A stretch of DNA of 64,000 nt from assembly GCA_951406725.2 (NCBI GenBank), contig OX597817.1, positions 159,898,001 to 159,962,000 of the forward strand, in the 5' to 3' direction. This document shows positions 39,339-52,789 of the stretch, piece after piece. A program made the translations under genes and the position numbers. Positions within the stretch are counted from its first letter, which is position 1. The number at the start of each line of letters is the position of its first letter. Under the pieces are notes generated by a model. It had not been told where the DNA came from. It was given only the letters and a program-made list of their open reading frames with translations, and did not search any database. This stretch comes from Octopus vulgaris (Eukaryota).

Positions 39339-39414
39339 CATAGGCAGCAACAGCAGCAGTAGCAGTAGCAGCAGTAGCAGTAGCAGCAGTAGTAGTAGTA
39401 GTAGTAGTAGTAGT

Positions 39415-39470
<56 letters not shown>

Positions 39471-39477
39471 TAGTAGT

Positions 39478-39572
<95 letters not shown>

Positions 39573-39684
39573 CAGCAGTAGTAGTAGTAGCAGCAGCAGC
39601 AGCAACAGCAGCAGTAGCAGCAACAGCAGCAGTAGCAGCAGTAGTAGTAGTAGTAGTAGTAGTAGCAGCAGCAGCAGCAGTTGC

Positions 39685-39731
<47 letters not shown>

Positions 39732-39765
39732 CAGCAGCAGTTGCAGTAGTGGTGGTGGTGGTGGC
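38490..39765. repeat. 1.3-kb compound (AGT)n/(AGC)n trinucleotide repeat
   Basis: Directly visible; recurring punctuation agc-aga-ggc-agc-aac gives higher-order units. Confidence 0.98.
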
Positions 39766-40344
39766 ATGCTCAGTAATTCCGATTGCTGTAATTCTGAGCA
39801 CTTAGAGAGTGAGAGACGAAGAATTTTGGAAGCAAGAGTTTGTGGCGGAGTCAAAACATTTGGGCAGTTTGAGAAAGGATGACTATACAGATGACTATAA
39901 GAACAGCATTGGGGAACATTTTCTATCATATCAAATTCTTTGTTAAACAGGAATTAATGTTTTGTTTTTTTTTACCAAAAAATGTCAATTTTGCCATTAA
40001 ATGTAATGCTGAAATAAGAAACTAACACAAACCGAATTGTACATTTTATTGTTTAACAAATGTATTACATAAAATATTTGATTACACAAGATATTTCTGT
40101 CAAAGTGGTGTTTTAGCTACTCAAGGAGTAAACCTTCACTTTGCTGCTTTGTATGATTAACTTGCATCATGACAGTTTTTTTTCCAGAGACCAACAGTAG
40201 TCAGACATCATGTTTGTGTTCCACCTGTATTGATATCATCTTAATATCTTTGTGGAATCCTTCCCCTTGCTCATCACTTACTGCACTATGGTTTTCGGAG
40301 AAATAGTCCAGATGACTGTGCAGGAAATGTTTTTACATTCATGT

Positions 40345-40788
40345 TCACACGTAAAATACACCAATCTGACCATACGACAGGCACCCATGCCAACCCCCTT
40401 GCTTGCGAAGACATGTTGGGGCAAGCGAAATCGAAATCGAATTGAACCAGCCAGGATCCCTGGTCTGGTGGTACGTAAAAAGCACTATCCGACTCGTGGC
40501 CGATGCCAGCACCCCCTCGTTTGGCTTCCGTGCAGGTGGCACATAAAATACACCAATCCGACCGTGGCCATTGCCAGCCTCGCCTGGCACCTGTGCAGGT
40601 GGCACGTAAAAATCACCCACTACACTCACGGAGTGGTTGGCGTTAGGAAGGGCATCCAGCTGTAGAAACACTGCCAGATAAGACTGGAGCCTGGTGCAGC
40701 CTTCTGGCTTTCCAGATCCCCGGTCGAACCGTCCAACCCATGCTAGCATGGAGAACGGACGTTAAACGATGATGATGATGATGATGAT
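40345..40788 (+). mobile_element. RTE LINE 3' UTR fragment
   Basis: Several ggtggcacgtaaaa units and (GAT)n tail. Confidence 0.87.
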
Positions 40789-40923
40789 GTTAGAGCTCAG
40801 AGCTTGAAAACTGCTTAACGGTGTCTGTACAAGTTCTGTAAAATTTGATGACTCTTTGTTTCCCAGGAAATCAGATATAACAGCAGCAAATGCATTCCAT
40901 GCTTTTTTTTCAGTGCTAGATAT

Positions 40924-41287
40924 TTTTTTTATTTATGCACCTTTTTCAAGCCTAGCCAGGCTCATGGGCCCAGTTTCCCGATTTCAATGGCGTATGTGTT
41001 TCCCCCAGCTGGACGGGACACCAGTTCATTGCAGTAATAAATGCGCCCTTTTAAAGCCTAGCCAGGCTCATGGGCCCGGTTTCCCAATTTCAATGGCGTA
41101 TGTGTTCCCTAGTTTGATGGGACACCAGTCCATCGCAGCGTTACTCATTTTTGCCAGCTAAGTGTACTGGAGCAAAGTGAAATGAAGTGTTTTGCTCAAG
41201 AATAAAACGCATTGCCTGGTCCAGGAATCGAAATCACAATCTTACGATCATGATGCTGACACCCTAACCACTAAGCCATGCACCTCC
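40924..41287 (-). mobile_element. CORE-like tRNA SINE with duplicated tail
   Basis: 13-bp TSD cagtgctagatat (40911-40923 / 41288-41300); agcctagccaggctcatgggcc occurs twice. Confidence 0.92.
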
Positions 41288-41772
41288 CAGTGCTAGATAT
41301 GGTCTCCAAAATTACTAGGAAACATGTCCCCAACACCAGACAGCAAAAACTATGTTCCCCAGTGTAGTTTATCTACCCAAATAGACAGAGTTCAAACAAA
41401 CCCTGAGAAAGTTACCCCAAGAAAAGGGAAGACTGTGTTTGTGACAAGCTAGTGATGTGAACTCATATCCATAAATTTACTCAGTAAATGAATAAATATT
41501 ATCAATTACTCTCAACCAGTCAAATATTAGCATTCTGTTATTTGAATAGTCAAATTGTAATCACTGATAGCTTACAGTGAAACAAAATACCCTTAAACAT
41601 CTAATTAAAAATATAACTTACATGTGCAGGTATGGCTGTGTAGTAAGAAGTTTGCATCTGAAACAAATGGTTCTGAGGTTCAGGCCCACTGCATGGTACC
41701 TTAGGCAAATGCCTTCTACTTACAATGTTTAGTTGAGTAAATTTGGTAGGCAGAAACTGAAAGAAGCTAGTT

Positions 41773-41807
<35 letters not shown>

Positions 41808-41825
41808 AATATATATATATATATA

Positions 41826-42545
41826 GGTAAGTAGAGTTAGTGGCTGGAATAACTGTCTAAGGGATAAGAATACCCATTAATTCTACTGGTATAAATTACC
41901 TATGTTATCCCTTCTTTATTTACATCTACTCCTATAACAATCTAAGCTGGCCCTTGGTTTTAAATTCAACTGACCAATTATAGGGGTGGCTGGACTTTGG
42001 TCAATTCCATTACAGACAACAGCCAGGTCGGTCTTTAGAATATACCCGTAACAACTTTACAGGTATGTTTTTGGATAAATATTAATTAGCACTATTTACA
42101 AAATCATAAGTACTATTCTTTCTCTAAACCTATAGGTGAATCCTGTTATACTTAAGTTAGTTTCATTTTCTTATTATTTATATACCCTGGTACCCCTAAA
42201 GAAAGATTAACCCACCAATTATTTTTCTAGTTTATTCATTTGCTCATTGACTTCAAGCTTTACAGTGCAAAATAGTATGATTCTAATTTATTAAGCCTTC
42301 TTTCCTCATCTCGGGGCCCTGTTCTCTCCTCTTCCCTCTTCTCTTCTTTTATTTTATGTATTTGTATTCACTCTGATGAAGGTCCATGTACCAGATCGGA
42401 TATGCTATAAAAGATGATGAATATTATTCTCATAATTTTCTTTGGCGGCACCGACTGACATAGGTAGTTGAAACAGCTGTAAGCAATGTTAAAGTTTTGT
42501 GTTAAAAAATAATAACTGATGGTAGTCAATTTATTTGTTGACCAT
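41826..42545 (+). mobile_element. Probable Penelope-like 3' fragment splitting a SINE at its internal microsatellite
   Basis: CTGATGA (42373) ... GAAAcagctgTA (42470-42481) hammerhead-like halves; SINE head at 41625-41775 and tail at 42600-42835 flank it. Confidence 0.55.
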
Positions 42546-43648
42546 ATGTGTGTGTATGAATGTGTGTGTGTTTATACACACATTTTTATACACACACATA
42601 TGTGTTTAAGTTGGTGTCTTGTAGTCTTGCCATCACATGATAAGTTGTAAGCAAGAGCCACTGTCATATGACAGTTCCCAGAAAACATGTTTGGCTTTGG
42701 AGAAATATCACCTCACTTGGAAACAGGTGAAGGTTGATGACAGGAAGGGTATCTGTCTGTAGAAAATCTGCCTCCACAAATTTCATCCGACCCATGCCAG
42801 TATAGAAAAGTGGATGTTAAAACAACGACAATGATCATGATTTCATATAACCTTGCTGCTATCTGGTAGCTAACAAAATTATTACAGATAAACATTATTA
42901 TATTTGCTCAGATTGTAGAATCGTTAGCACACCTGGTGAAATGCTTAGTAGCATTTCATCCATCACTATGTTCTGAGTTCAAATTCCACTGAAGTCGACT
43001 TTGCCTTTCATCCTTTCAGGGTCGATAAATGAAGTACCTGTGAAACACTGGGGGTTGATGTAATCGACTTAATCCCTTCTCCCCAGCTGCCCTTGTGGCA
43101 AAAATTTGAAATTATTATATTTGCTTAGATGTTTCTAAATAAAGGGACAAACAATTGTTGCTTTTACAGTGTACATGACTAAATTACCTCAGTGGCACCA
43201 CCTGATAAATAGGCGACATACTTACTTCAGAGCTGAATACTTTGTGTGTGTAAGGGAACAAATAAGAAAGATATGCTACAACAAACGATACAATCATTCT
43301 GGTTTACTCAACCATGCTTCACCCAATGATAAGCTATAAATTTCTTACTTAAACACAATGCCTTAGATTTTTTACCAGTGAATGATCCTTTATCTGGTTG
43401 TTCAACCTATTAGAACTGGCCACTAAATCTCAAATTACTTTCTACTCTCATTAAAAGGAATGACACATTTGATAGTGAAATATCCTACTTAGAAACTATA
43501 TCAGAATAAGCCCAGATGTCTTCCATCATAGTGTCTGATCAATAGATCAAGGCTGACCGAGAGCTAAACAGCAATCTGTGAATTTTTTTTAAATGGAGAA
43601 ATGAGATTGTGCAATGTTCATGCCTTTCACAAGGTCATTAAGAATGCT

Positions 43649-44751
43649 TGCGGTTGTGGCAGGTGTAGCAATATCGTTACACTCATTGCTATCTTCACTA
43701 ATTGAGAAGAGTATTAAGAATAATCTCCTTCGAGATTACAAACATCTTCGGCTAGTTTAACATTGTTGTAAACACTAATTCGATTGGCTGATATGTGGTC
43801 TCTACTACGTTCGCACCGCTGGTTGTCACGTGACGCGATTTGCCTCCACTTATTTTCGTGCCATTGTTCCAAGCAGCCAATCACAGCTTTCCATTTCTGA
43901 AGTTCGTTTTGAGCCCAATAAACCTTATATAAAGAAGGGTTCTCAGACAAATATTCGTCTTAGGTTTCTAGTCCTTCTCAGGGCGAACCTCTGACCACAG
44001 AGTTCGTCTTTGGTTCAAGTCCTTCTCAGGGTGAACCTCTGACCACAAAGAGCATACTCGACCATGTTCCAGTTCGAAAGGCTGGCGACCACCATTACAT
44101 CAAGAGAAAAATAACCAAGCAGAATATATGATGAAGACGCAGCAAAAACCAAGCGACGGACACAACTCATCGCCAAACATCGAAGATTTAATTTGTACAC
44201 AAGACAACCACAGATTCAGCTCTATCAGTTAGGTGAAAATCTCACCATGGGAAAAACGGCTACAGTTAATATATCTGGAAGTATATTCATATCAAGAGAA
44301 AGATAAACACAACAAGTGATTCAATTAATCTCAACTACGAGACGCAACATCTTGATATGGAACTCTTACTCTCCGTGTACCTCATAAACGGTAAATCAAT
44401 TATCTGTCTTGAGTTCTAGTTCTTCTAAGAACTACCTTAAGCCATCTGCTACTACCTGTTGCCAGGCTGATACCAACAACATGAACTGTGAACCAAATTC
44501 CATTGTTATTTCTCTGGTCAGTACCTCTTATGCCTCACGAACACACAGACACAAAAACATGCTAACACTTACAAACTTCCAACATCAAGCATGATTGTAA
44601 AATATGTAAAATAAATAATGTACATATCTCAAAAAGAAATCTTGTTGTCATTCCACTTGTGTTCTATTGCCGCTGCATGTATTATCTGGTCTGTAATATT
44701 TCATTAAGAATGGGATCGCGTGCGATTGTATTGCTATACGATATGACCACA
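43649..44751 (+). mobile_element. Probable solo LTR (~1.1 kb)
   Basis: TG...CA ends with imperfect inverted termini (tagcaata / tattgcta), flanks aatgct / aatgat, TATATAAA 43926, AATAAA 44610, CpG-rich. Confidence 0.65.
43783..43933 (+). promoter_or_regulatory. Pol II promoter-like cluster in the putative LTR
   Basis: ATTGG 43783, GTCACGTGAC 43825-43834, AGCCAATCA 43875-43883, TATATAAA 43926-43933. Confidence 0.5.
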
Positions 44752-45583
44752 AATGATCCTATTTTTATACAGGCATGGCTGTGTGGTTAAGAAGCTTGCT
44801 TTGCAACTATGTAGTTTCTGGTTCAGTCCTACAGCATAGCTCCTTGGGTAGTACACAGGCCTCCCCTTGTTGTGACTGCTTACAGCAGTTAGATATTTCC
44901 CCCATACTTTCTGCTTTGTGATATGTAGATTTGGCTATTGGAAGTTTAGCTTCTTGGCAACAGACAGCATGGAATATCCATGATAGAGTATCAACCCTCA
45001 ACTTCTTATTTACGGCCCAATGACAGAGTCTGTATGAGGTCACACAACTTGCAAGAAATTACAGTCAAATCTTCTGCAAACCACATTTTGTTATCTTTAA
45101 AATAGAAGGACACCTTAGATAATACAGGCTTAGATAAATCTGAAAAATAGAAATATGATGGTTACAAGTGAAATATTTTCTTCATAAATCTGCTGGATGA
45201 AAGGGTTAAACCACAACTTTTGACTCATCACCTTAGATGAGGATAAAACATTGATTTCTTTTTGTCTGACACATTAAATTGTTTTACATTTTTAGGGAAC
45301 AGAAAATAGAGTGTTATGATGTTGGCAGTTATTTTTTTAAAATCGTTAAAGGGTTACTTGCTAAGTGTATTGTTTGAAGGTTTGAAACTAAATCTACATA
45401 ATGATTGTGAAAGCTTGTTTAAGGAGTTGCCTCCTGCTCTACACCACTCATAACAACCAGATGAGTGAATTGTAAACAGTATTAGTGACCAGATGGCAAT
45501 AGGATGACAAAAATTCGATTATCTCACTAAATAACCGAAAAGTGAATCTAACAGTTTTTGTGTGTTTTTCATCATCATCGTCG

Positions 45584-45623
<40 letters not shown>

Positions 45624-47262
45624 TTAAACCCTTCAGTCACTTTGTCCAATGTATTGGACAATTTTTTAGAATAAATTACAAAAGAAATATAAATTATGAT
45701 TGAGTCACAGTTACCATTTCATTGGACACCTCTAAAACGTATATATAACCAAGACCATGTGATTCTGACTCAGTGTTCGCTCACAAGTCATAGAGGATGG
45801 CTGTATCTTCTCGTAAATCTTACAGATGTAAGTAAATTGGGATTATTTTTACCTAGTGTTAGCAAAATTTTTATATATCCATGACAAAAACTAAGCATAT
45901 TGAAAATTGAATTCTTTAAAAATCTACTCAGTATATGTTATTTACCTGTATTTTAGTATAAATAGAAAATGAAAATCAAAAAATATTTTTATCTGTGACT
46001 GAAGGGGTCAATGACTGTTTTTCATACTGGCATGGGTTGAATGCTTCAGCAGGAGCTAGTGAGCAAGAGGACTACACCATACTCCAATGTCTGATTCGGC
46101 ATGGTTTTCTAAGGCTGGATGCCCTTCCTAATGCCAACCACTTCACAGAGTGTACTGGGTGTTTTTCATGTGGCACTGGTACTAGTGAGGTCACCAAAAT
46201 GACTTACAAGACAAGGCCCTTGTAATTAAGTGGGGAGTAGTTCTGAGAGAGATGGTTTTTATGTTAAGTGACGAGCAGCTAAAGTATGAGAGAGGGACAG
46301 GAACAGATGTATTGCTAAAGGGAGACATATGGTTACCTCAGTTTTTTTTTTTTTTATGGTTAAAAGGGCTTTTCCATGTTTTAATTATTCCAGTCACAAC
46401 ATACGTAACTTGCCAAACAAGTACAAATCTGAAATTGTTATTGATACATTCCTATTATTCCTGAACATTGGGAGTAAAATGAATTTATTGTGAATTACAT
46501 TGTGGAAAAATCATTGTAGTCGTATAAGAAAAGCATTGTTATACGAAAACACTGTTACATTCTCCTTTCATTTAGTTCTCAGTAATACTGTGTATGAGGT
46601 ATAAAAGTTCTATCGTACTTCTGTAATCTGCTCAGTGACACAATTCTATTGCATCTATGGAACTGTGGTAATGGAATTGTGTCAGTCACCAGGTTGCAGA
46701 AGTGCAATGAAACTATCTCACATAAAAGATTATACTATTCAGAAACAAAATATATATATGAGTGTGTGTGTGTGTGTGTGTGTGTGTATAAACTATATAA
46801 AACCCTGACTATAACAATTTTTATGTTATTCTTAAAAGGCCAAAATGTACTTTACCACGACATAATTGTCTCCCGATGCAACACACAACACACAATCTCA
46901 GATCAAATCATTTGTAAAAACAAGTACAACTCTAAAGTCTATTGTTACTCTTAGCTTGTATATTGTAAACTATTTAATGATTTTTCACAAAAACGCTTTA
47001 CAATTTCAATCATATGAATTAGACTTTACTTTGACGAGTGATTGTTGATGTTAACGATACATTAACAAACTAATGTTCATGAGATACCAAACACAATGCA
47101 TTTATTTCAGTATTTTAATTTATGAATAGATTCCATGCATTCAATTTGCTCTTCTTTTCATAGCCATAGCTCTTTCTTTTTCACTGTTGGCACTTGATGT
47201 TGTTGTCGTTGTTGTTTTTGTCTAATTCAAATCAGCCCTTACATCATAGACATACAATGTAT

Positions 47263-47478
47263 CATCTTTTTTCAGGCCTAGTGTATCAAGGACTACACTA
47301 TCCAGTATGTTCTCCAATGAACATCTCATCTTTTTTCCAGACCTAGTGTATTGAGGACTACACTATTTAGTTTTCTGATATCAGCATGTCATCTTTCTCT
47401 CAGGCCTTGTGTATCAAGGACTACACCATTTAGTGTGTTCTATGTGCATCTCATCTACTTTCAGACCTAGTGTACAAG
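47263..47478. repeat. ~63-bp tandem repeat, ~3.5 copies, inside an old SINE
   Basis: catctttt..cag.cctagtgtatcaaggactacac at 47263, 47327, 47390, 47452. Confidence 0.85.
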
Positions 47479-48584
47479 ACAGGAAAGAACATGAAAAAGG
47501 AAAAGAGAAAATCCCTCTCGACTAAGAGGAGTAGTATTTGAGAGGGTGGAGAGGTGATTTTTATCCCAGGGACAAATAGGGACAAGCAGAGGTAGAGGTG
47601 TCTTTCTATAGAGAAAATGCATGACTACCCTGCATTTATATAAGGGTGGATGGAAGTATCTGGGTAAATATGAGATGGTAGTGATGGGGTGCGAGAGCAA
47701 AACCCTCAAGAAGCAAGTGCTAATATGGGTAGTGGATTTGGAGGTGGGGAGGTGTTTATAAGAACGTGAGTACTGGATGGTTAGAGATGAATGTAGTGAA
47801 TAAAACAAGTAAAAAATATTAAAAAAATAAGCAAGAGATGAAAAAAGATGAAAAACATTTATTGCCAAATAAATGCACCATCTTCATGAAAATCTCTAAC
47901 ATCACATAGTTAACTACAAATATGGAGGACATTAAAAGCGAACAACATTATTTGTGACTCTTTTGTTGTTGCCCATTTTTCACTAGTTTTGCTAATTTCT
48001 CAATATTTGGTTTAGAATATGTGAATATCTCTCTCATATGATAAATGAAGCTTGATTCCATTCTCTTCTTTGTCTTATTTTTTGATATGCAGCAGAGTAG
48101 AAAAATTCAGATTTGCAAAGATAAGTTATGGGAAATGGATCTATTGATTTTAAGGCTATATTTACAAGTTGATGTTGTACAGTTAGTTAGTTTGTTTTGA
48201 TTGTTTGCCTATCTTTTAATCTTTTACTTGTTTCAGACATTGGACTGTGGCCATGCTGGAGTATCACTTTGAAGGGTTTAGTTGAACTAATTTATTCTTG
48301 TATATAAAAAAAAAAAATTTTCATAATAAAAAAAAAATTTGATTCTTGTATTTATTTTTTTCAACTCTGGTGCTTATCTATTGGCGTTTTTTTTTTTTAC
48401 TGTGTTATAGAGATGTAAACAAACCAACACTAGTTGTCAAGTGGAGATGAGGGACAAACACACACACACACATATTAGAAAGAAAGAATTTCAAACATAA
48501 TTGCAGAGAGTTGTTAGAATAAATAAGCAATTAAGAAATATTGCACATATATATATATATACAGCAAGCTTCCACACAGTTTTT

Positions 48585-49032
48585 GTTTCTTTGCTGCCCA
48601 CAAGAAGCTACACACAGGGGGGACAAACAAGGACAGACAAAGGGATTAAGTCAATTACATCGACCCCAGTATGTAACTGGTACTTAATTTATCAACCCCG
48701 AAAGGATGAAAGGCAAAGTCGACCTCGGTGGAATTTGAACTCAGAACATAATGGCAGACGAAATACCGCTTAGCATTTCACCTGGCGTACTATCATTTTT
48801 TATTTCTTTACTGCTCACCAGGGGCTACACACAGAGGGGACAAGCAAGGATAGACAAAGGGATTAAGTTGATTATATCGACCCTAGTGTGTAATTGGTAC
48901 TTAATTTATCGACCCCGAAAGGTTGAAAAACAAAGTCAACCTTGGCAGAATTTGAACTCAGAACATAACAGCAGACGAAATACAGCTATGCATTTCGCCC
49001 GGCATGCTAACGTTTCTGCCAGCTTGCCGCCT
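48585..49032 (-). mobile_element. Two tandem SINE family C copies
   Basis: gaccccgaaagg.tgaaa..caaagtc.acct.gg..gaatttgaactcagaac repeated ~210 bp apart. Confidence 0.88.
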
Positions 49033-49159
49033 TCCACACAGTTTCTGTCTACCAAATTCATTCACAAGGCATTGGTCAACTGTGCAGAGGGATTGAACCC
49101 AAACCATGTGAATGCAAATCAAGCTTCTTAACCTCACAGCCATGCCTGTGCCTGTCAAA

Positions 49160-49660
49160 GAAAGGGATTGAAAAAGAATTTTGTTGTTCCAGTAACTCTT
49201 CTTCAAAGTTCTTGATATTGTGTATGTCTAATAACCAAAGTTGGTGAATCCAGCTGCTAATAGGTTCCTTCAGTGTGTACTTCTTCAGTGTGATCTCAAG
49301 CACAAGTAAATGATTACTAATTCCTTCTTTCAACAAAGGATTGTTTCCCAGCTGTTCTCTGACCCCTTTCAGAAACAAGAGAAATTAAGAGAAATCTTTA
49401 GTTTTAGTGCTTCAAAAGTGAGATCTTTTTCAAATGTGTCTGTCTATCAAAAGACTGTAAGCTGCTTTTGTTGAATACCTGCACTAGGTTCGGGTCATTT
49501 AAATGGTTAGTACATCTGATAAACAAGTGACAGGTAAAATGAACTTTCTCTGCAAAATTCTTTCCTCCATGTTCTTCCAGGAACTTCGAAGAAACTTTTC
49601 TGCAAATTTTTTACCATTTTCTTTGAGGAAAATGGCAATTTCCTCAGACATAATAACAAC
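49160..49660 (-). pseudogene. hAT (Buster/Charlie, ZBED5-like) transposase relic
   Basis: Fragments EEIAIFLKENGKKFAEKF, LSDV(fs)NHLNDPNL, ISNHLLVLEITLKKY...SSWI...EEELLE follow the Buster-type order; stops and frameshifts. Confidence 0.65.
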
Positions 49661-51324
49661 TAAATATAAAGCCTGTGCTTGTGAATGCCAGCACACATAA
49701 GTATGGTAAAACTGAATTTAACATTCACTTCTTAATTTCCAGGATGACTTGAAAATTCCTATTACAGAGAACTTTGACTTGAATGAAATTTAAAATTTTT
49801 CTCACAATATTCATGACTACTTAAAATCATCACTACCGTCATCGTCATCATCATCATCATCATCATCATTGTCGTCATCGTCATCATTACCATCATCAGT
49901 GTCATCATCGTCGTTGTCATCACCATTTTCATCATTATCATTGTCTTCACCATCCTCCTTATTATTTAATGACCATTTTTCCATGCATGCATGGGTTAGA
50001 CAGAATTTGTTGTGGTAGATTTTCTCTACATCAGGATGTCTTTCCTTTGCTGCTGCCAACCCTCACCTGTTTCTAGGCAAAGTAATTTTCCCATGGCCAG
50101 ACATATTTTCCTCAGAAGACTAGAAGCAAACATCATCTGCATGGCAGTGATGCTTACTTACAACCATCACAATACTCATCATCATCATCATCATCGTTTA
50201 ACGCCTGCTTTCTATGCTAGCATAGGTTGGACGATTTGACTGAGGGCTGGCGAACCAGCAGCTGCACCAGGCTCCAATCTTGATCTGGCAGAGTTTCTAC
50301 AGCTGGATGCCCTTCCTAACGCCAACCACTCCAAGAGTGTAGTGGGTGCTTTTATGTGCTACTGGTACGGGGGGCCAGTCAGGCGGTACTGGCAACGACC
50401 TCACTTGAATGTTTTTATATACCACACATATGAAGGTGTGTGGCCTAAGTGGTGAGGCTGTTGCACTCACGATTGCTAGATTGTGGGTTTCATTCCCAGA
50501 TCGGGCAGCATGTTGTGTTCTTGAGCAAAACACTTCATTTCACATTGCTCCTATCTCCGTCTTGATCAGGGAGGAATGTTGGTCTGAATGGTGGTGTCAT
50601 TTGAATGCTAAAATGTTGCAAAGTGCATTGTGACCAGTGATGTGTAACGTCTGATAGTCTGATTGGTCACATGATCTCATGTACCACACAATATGTACAA
50701 AATATGCTGTGTGGTACAAAGTAGAGCTTAGTACCTATACTAGCCTTCCTCTCCAGTACCAGAATATACAACTATTCATTACTACCCTCACATAAGAAAT
50801 GGTGCTGCTGCTGCTGTTATACATACAAACATCGTTGACCCCATTGAAAAATGTCCTTCTGACTGATAAGAACAGAGCCCTGAGTTGCATGCCAACACAC
50901 TCCATCTTCTGGCCTAAAGGTATGCTGTTTTTCTCACCCTATTTTTCTTACTCCTACTTGAGTGATCTCTGCTCTTATGTGCTGGTTGATCATTTGCCAC
51001 ATCTATTCAGGCTTGCTCGCTCACTCATTGCCCCTCTCATAACCCATACTGTGACCCGCTCAGGCTTTGCATTTAACACTTTAATTAGTCTCTTCTTCCC
51101 ACAACGTCAGTTCTCTACACTTCTTTTCCTGCTAATGACTTTGTTGCAGACTTCAACTTCGACTATAGTAGAAGACACTCACCCAAGGTACCATGAGCTT
51201 CTTAACCACACAGCCATGTCTATGCCTATCTTTACAGCCATACCACATAGCCATATATACGTCTATCTTCACAGCCATACCACACAGTCATGCTTGAGTA
51301 AATTACTGCATAATTTGCTACAGT

Positions 51325-51485
51325 ACTAGATCTGTTTTTATAACAGTGATAGGCTTGTTCTCTGTAACAGTGATACAGCTGTTCTTTAAGATAGTTATAG
51401 GTTTGTTCTCTATGACAGTGCCAGATTTATTCTCTGATACAGTGATAGGTGCATTCTCTTGAACAGTTATAGGTATGTTTACTAA
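51325..51485. repeat. 24-bp minisatellite, ~6.5 diverged copies
   Basis: Unit aacagtgataggcttgttctctgt. Confidence 0.85.
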
Positions 51486-51949
51486 GAAGCAGATACATTC
51501 ACTCAAAGTCTACTTGAGTTGTTCTCTAGAATAGTGCTAGTTCAATCTCTAATTTGAAAATCCCAATAAATTTCCTGAAGAAAATGCATTAAAATAATGT
51601 GTAAATGAAAGTGTTTTGTTGTATCTTGGGAGGATTGTTATAGCAGTAATAAACACTTGAGCTGGTTCTATTTCGCTTCTCTTATTATTATTAGTTTCTT
51701 GGTTAATCATTTAACCAATTAGCTAATCAGTTGTTTTGATTAATTGTTCAGTCAGTAAATCAATCAGCTTTGTTTGTCTAATCTGAAGCAAATTTAGAGC
51801 TGAAAGGGCATGTTATTGATGAATTTGTGAATGGCAATGAAAGAACTTTGACAAATCCAATTGATTGATTGACTGAATGTTTAATCAAACAATTAGCTGG
51901 TTGAATGTTTAACCAATTGACTAATAAAAATATAATAATAATAATAATG

Positions 51950-51995
<46 letters not shown>

Positions 51996-52009
51996 TAATA
52001 GTAATATAC

Positions 52010-52310
52010 ACTATCTTCTTAAGTATGAAATAGCCTGGCTATGAAAAATGAAGAAGGTGAAGATAGTGCCAATTGATGTTGGGTTCTTGAGGTTGGTATC
52101 AGAAAGCATCAAGAGGAAAATAAGGAAATTGGAATAGGGTGCCCAGTAGAACTGTTACAAAAAGCTTACCTCTTTCGCATGGCCAGAATAATCAGGAAAA
52201 TATTAGGTAGTTGAAAAGAACAGATAGCATAGTACTGCAGGCTGCCCACTATGCATGCAAGACTCCAGGAGTTAAAACAGAACTTGAGATAAAAAGAAAA
52301 GTAATAATAA
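52010..52310 (+). mobile_element. Older R4/Dong-clade 3' fragment next to (TAA)n
   Basis: KYEIAWL*KMKKVKIVPIDVGFL...PVELLQKAYLFRMARIIRKILGS*; (TAA)n at 51932-52005 and ~52302. Confidence 0.78.
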
Positions 52311-52349
52311 TAAAAAATACAATTGCAGCATGGAAGGGGTTTATAAACC

Positions 52350-52730
52350 TCTTTTACTTGTTTCAGTCATTTGACTGCGGCCATGCTGGAGCACCGCCTT
52401 TTAGTCGAGCAAATCGACCCCAGGACTTATTCTTTGTAAGCCCAGTACTTATTCTATCGGTCTCTTTTGCCGAACCGCTAAGTGATGGGGATGTAAACAC
52501 ACCACCATGCTAGGGGGACAAACACAGACACGCAAACACAACACACACATATATATACACATATATACGACAGGCTTCTTTCAGTTTCCGTCTACCAAAT
52601 CCACTCACAAGGCATTGGTCGACCCGGGGCTATAGCAGAAGACACTTGCCCAAGATGCCACGCAGGGGGACTGAACCCGGAACCATGTGGTTGGTTAGCA
52701 AGCTACTTACCACACAGCCACTCCTGCGCC
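52350..52730 (-). mobile_element. SINE family A, young copy
   Basis: Reverse complement of the family A type, CpGs retained. Confidence 0.92.
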
Positions 52731-52789
52731 ATTTAAGAAACACACAAAAAACCATTAGATTCACTTCAACATTTAAATTTAATTTGCCA

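Noticed and set aside
38430-39929. 499-aa poly-Leu and 442-aa poly-Thr/Ala minus-strand ORFs
   Set aside because: Stop-free frames of the triplet repeat; composition flips at a single indel.
42005-42090. GIY-YIG endonuclease remnant (..PGRSL..)
   Set aside because: Match too short and degenerate to support.
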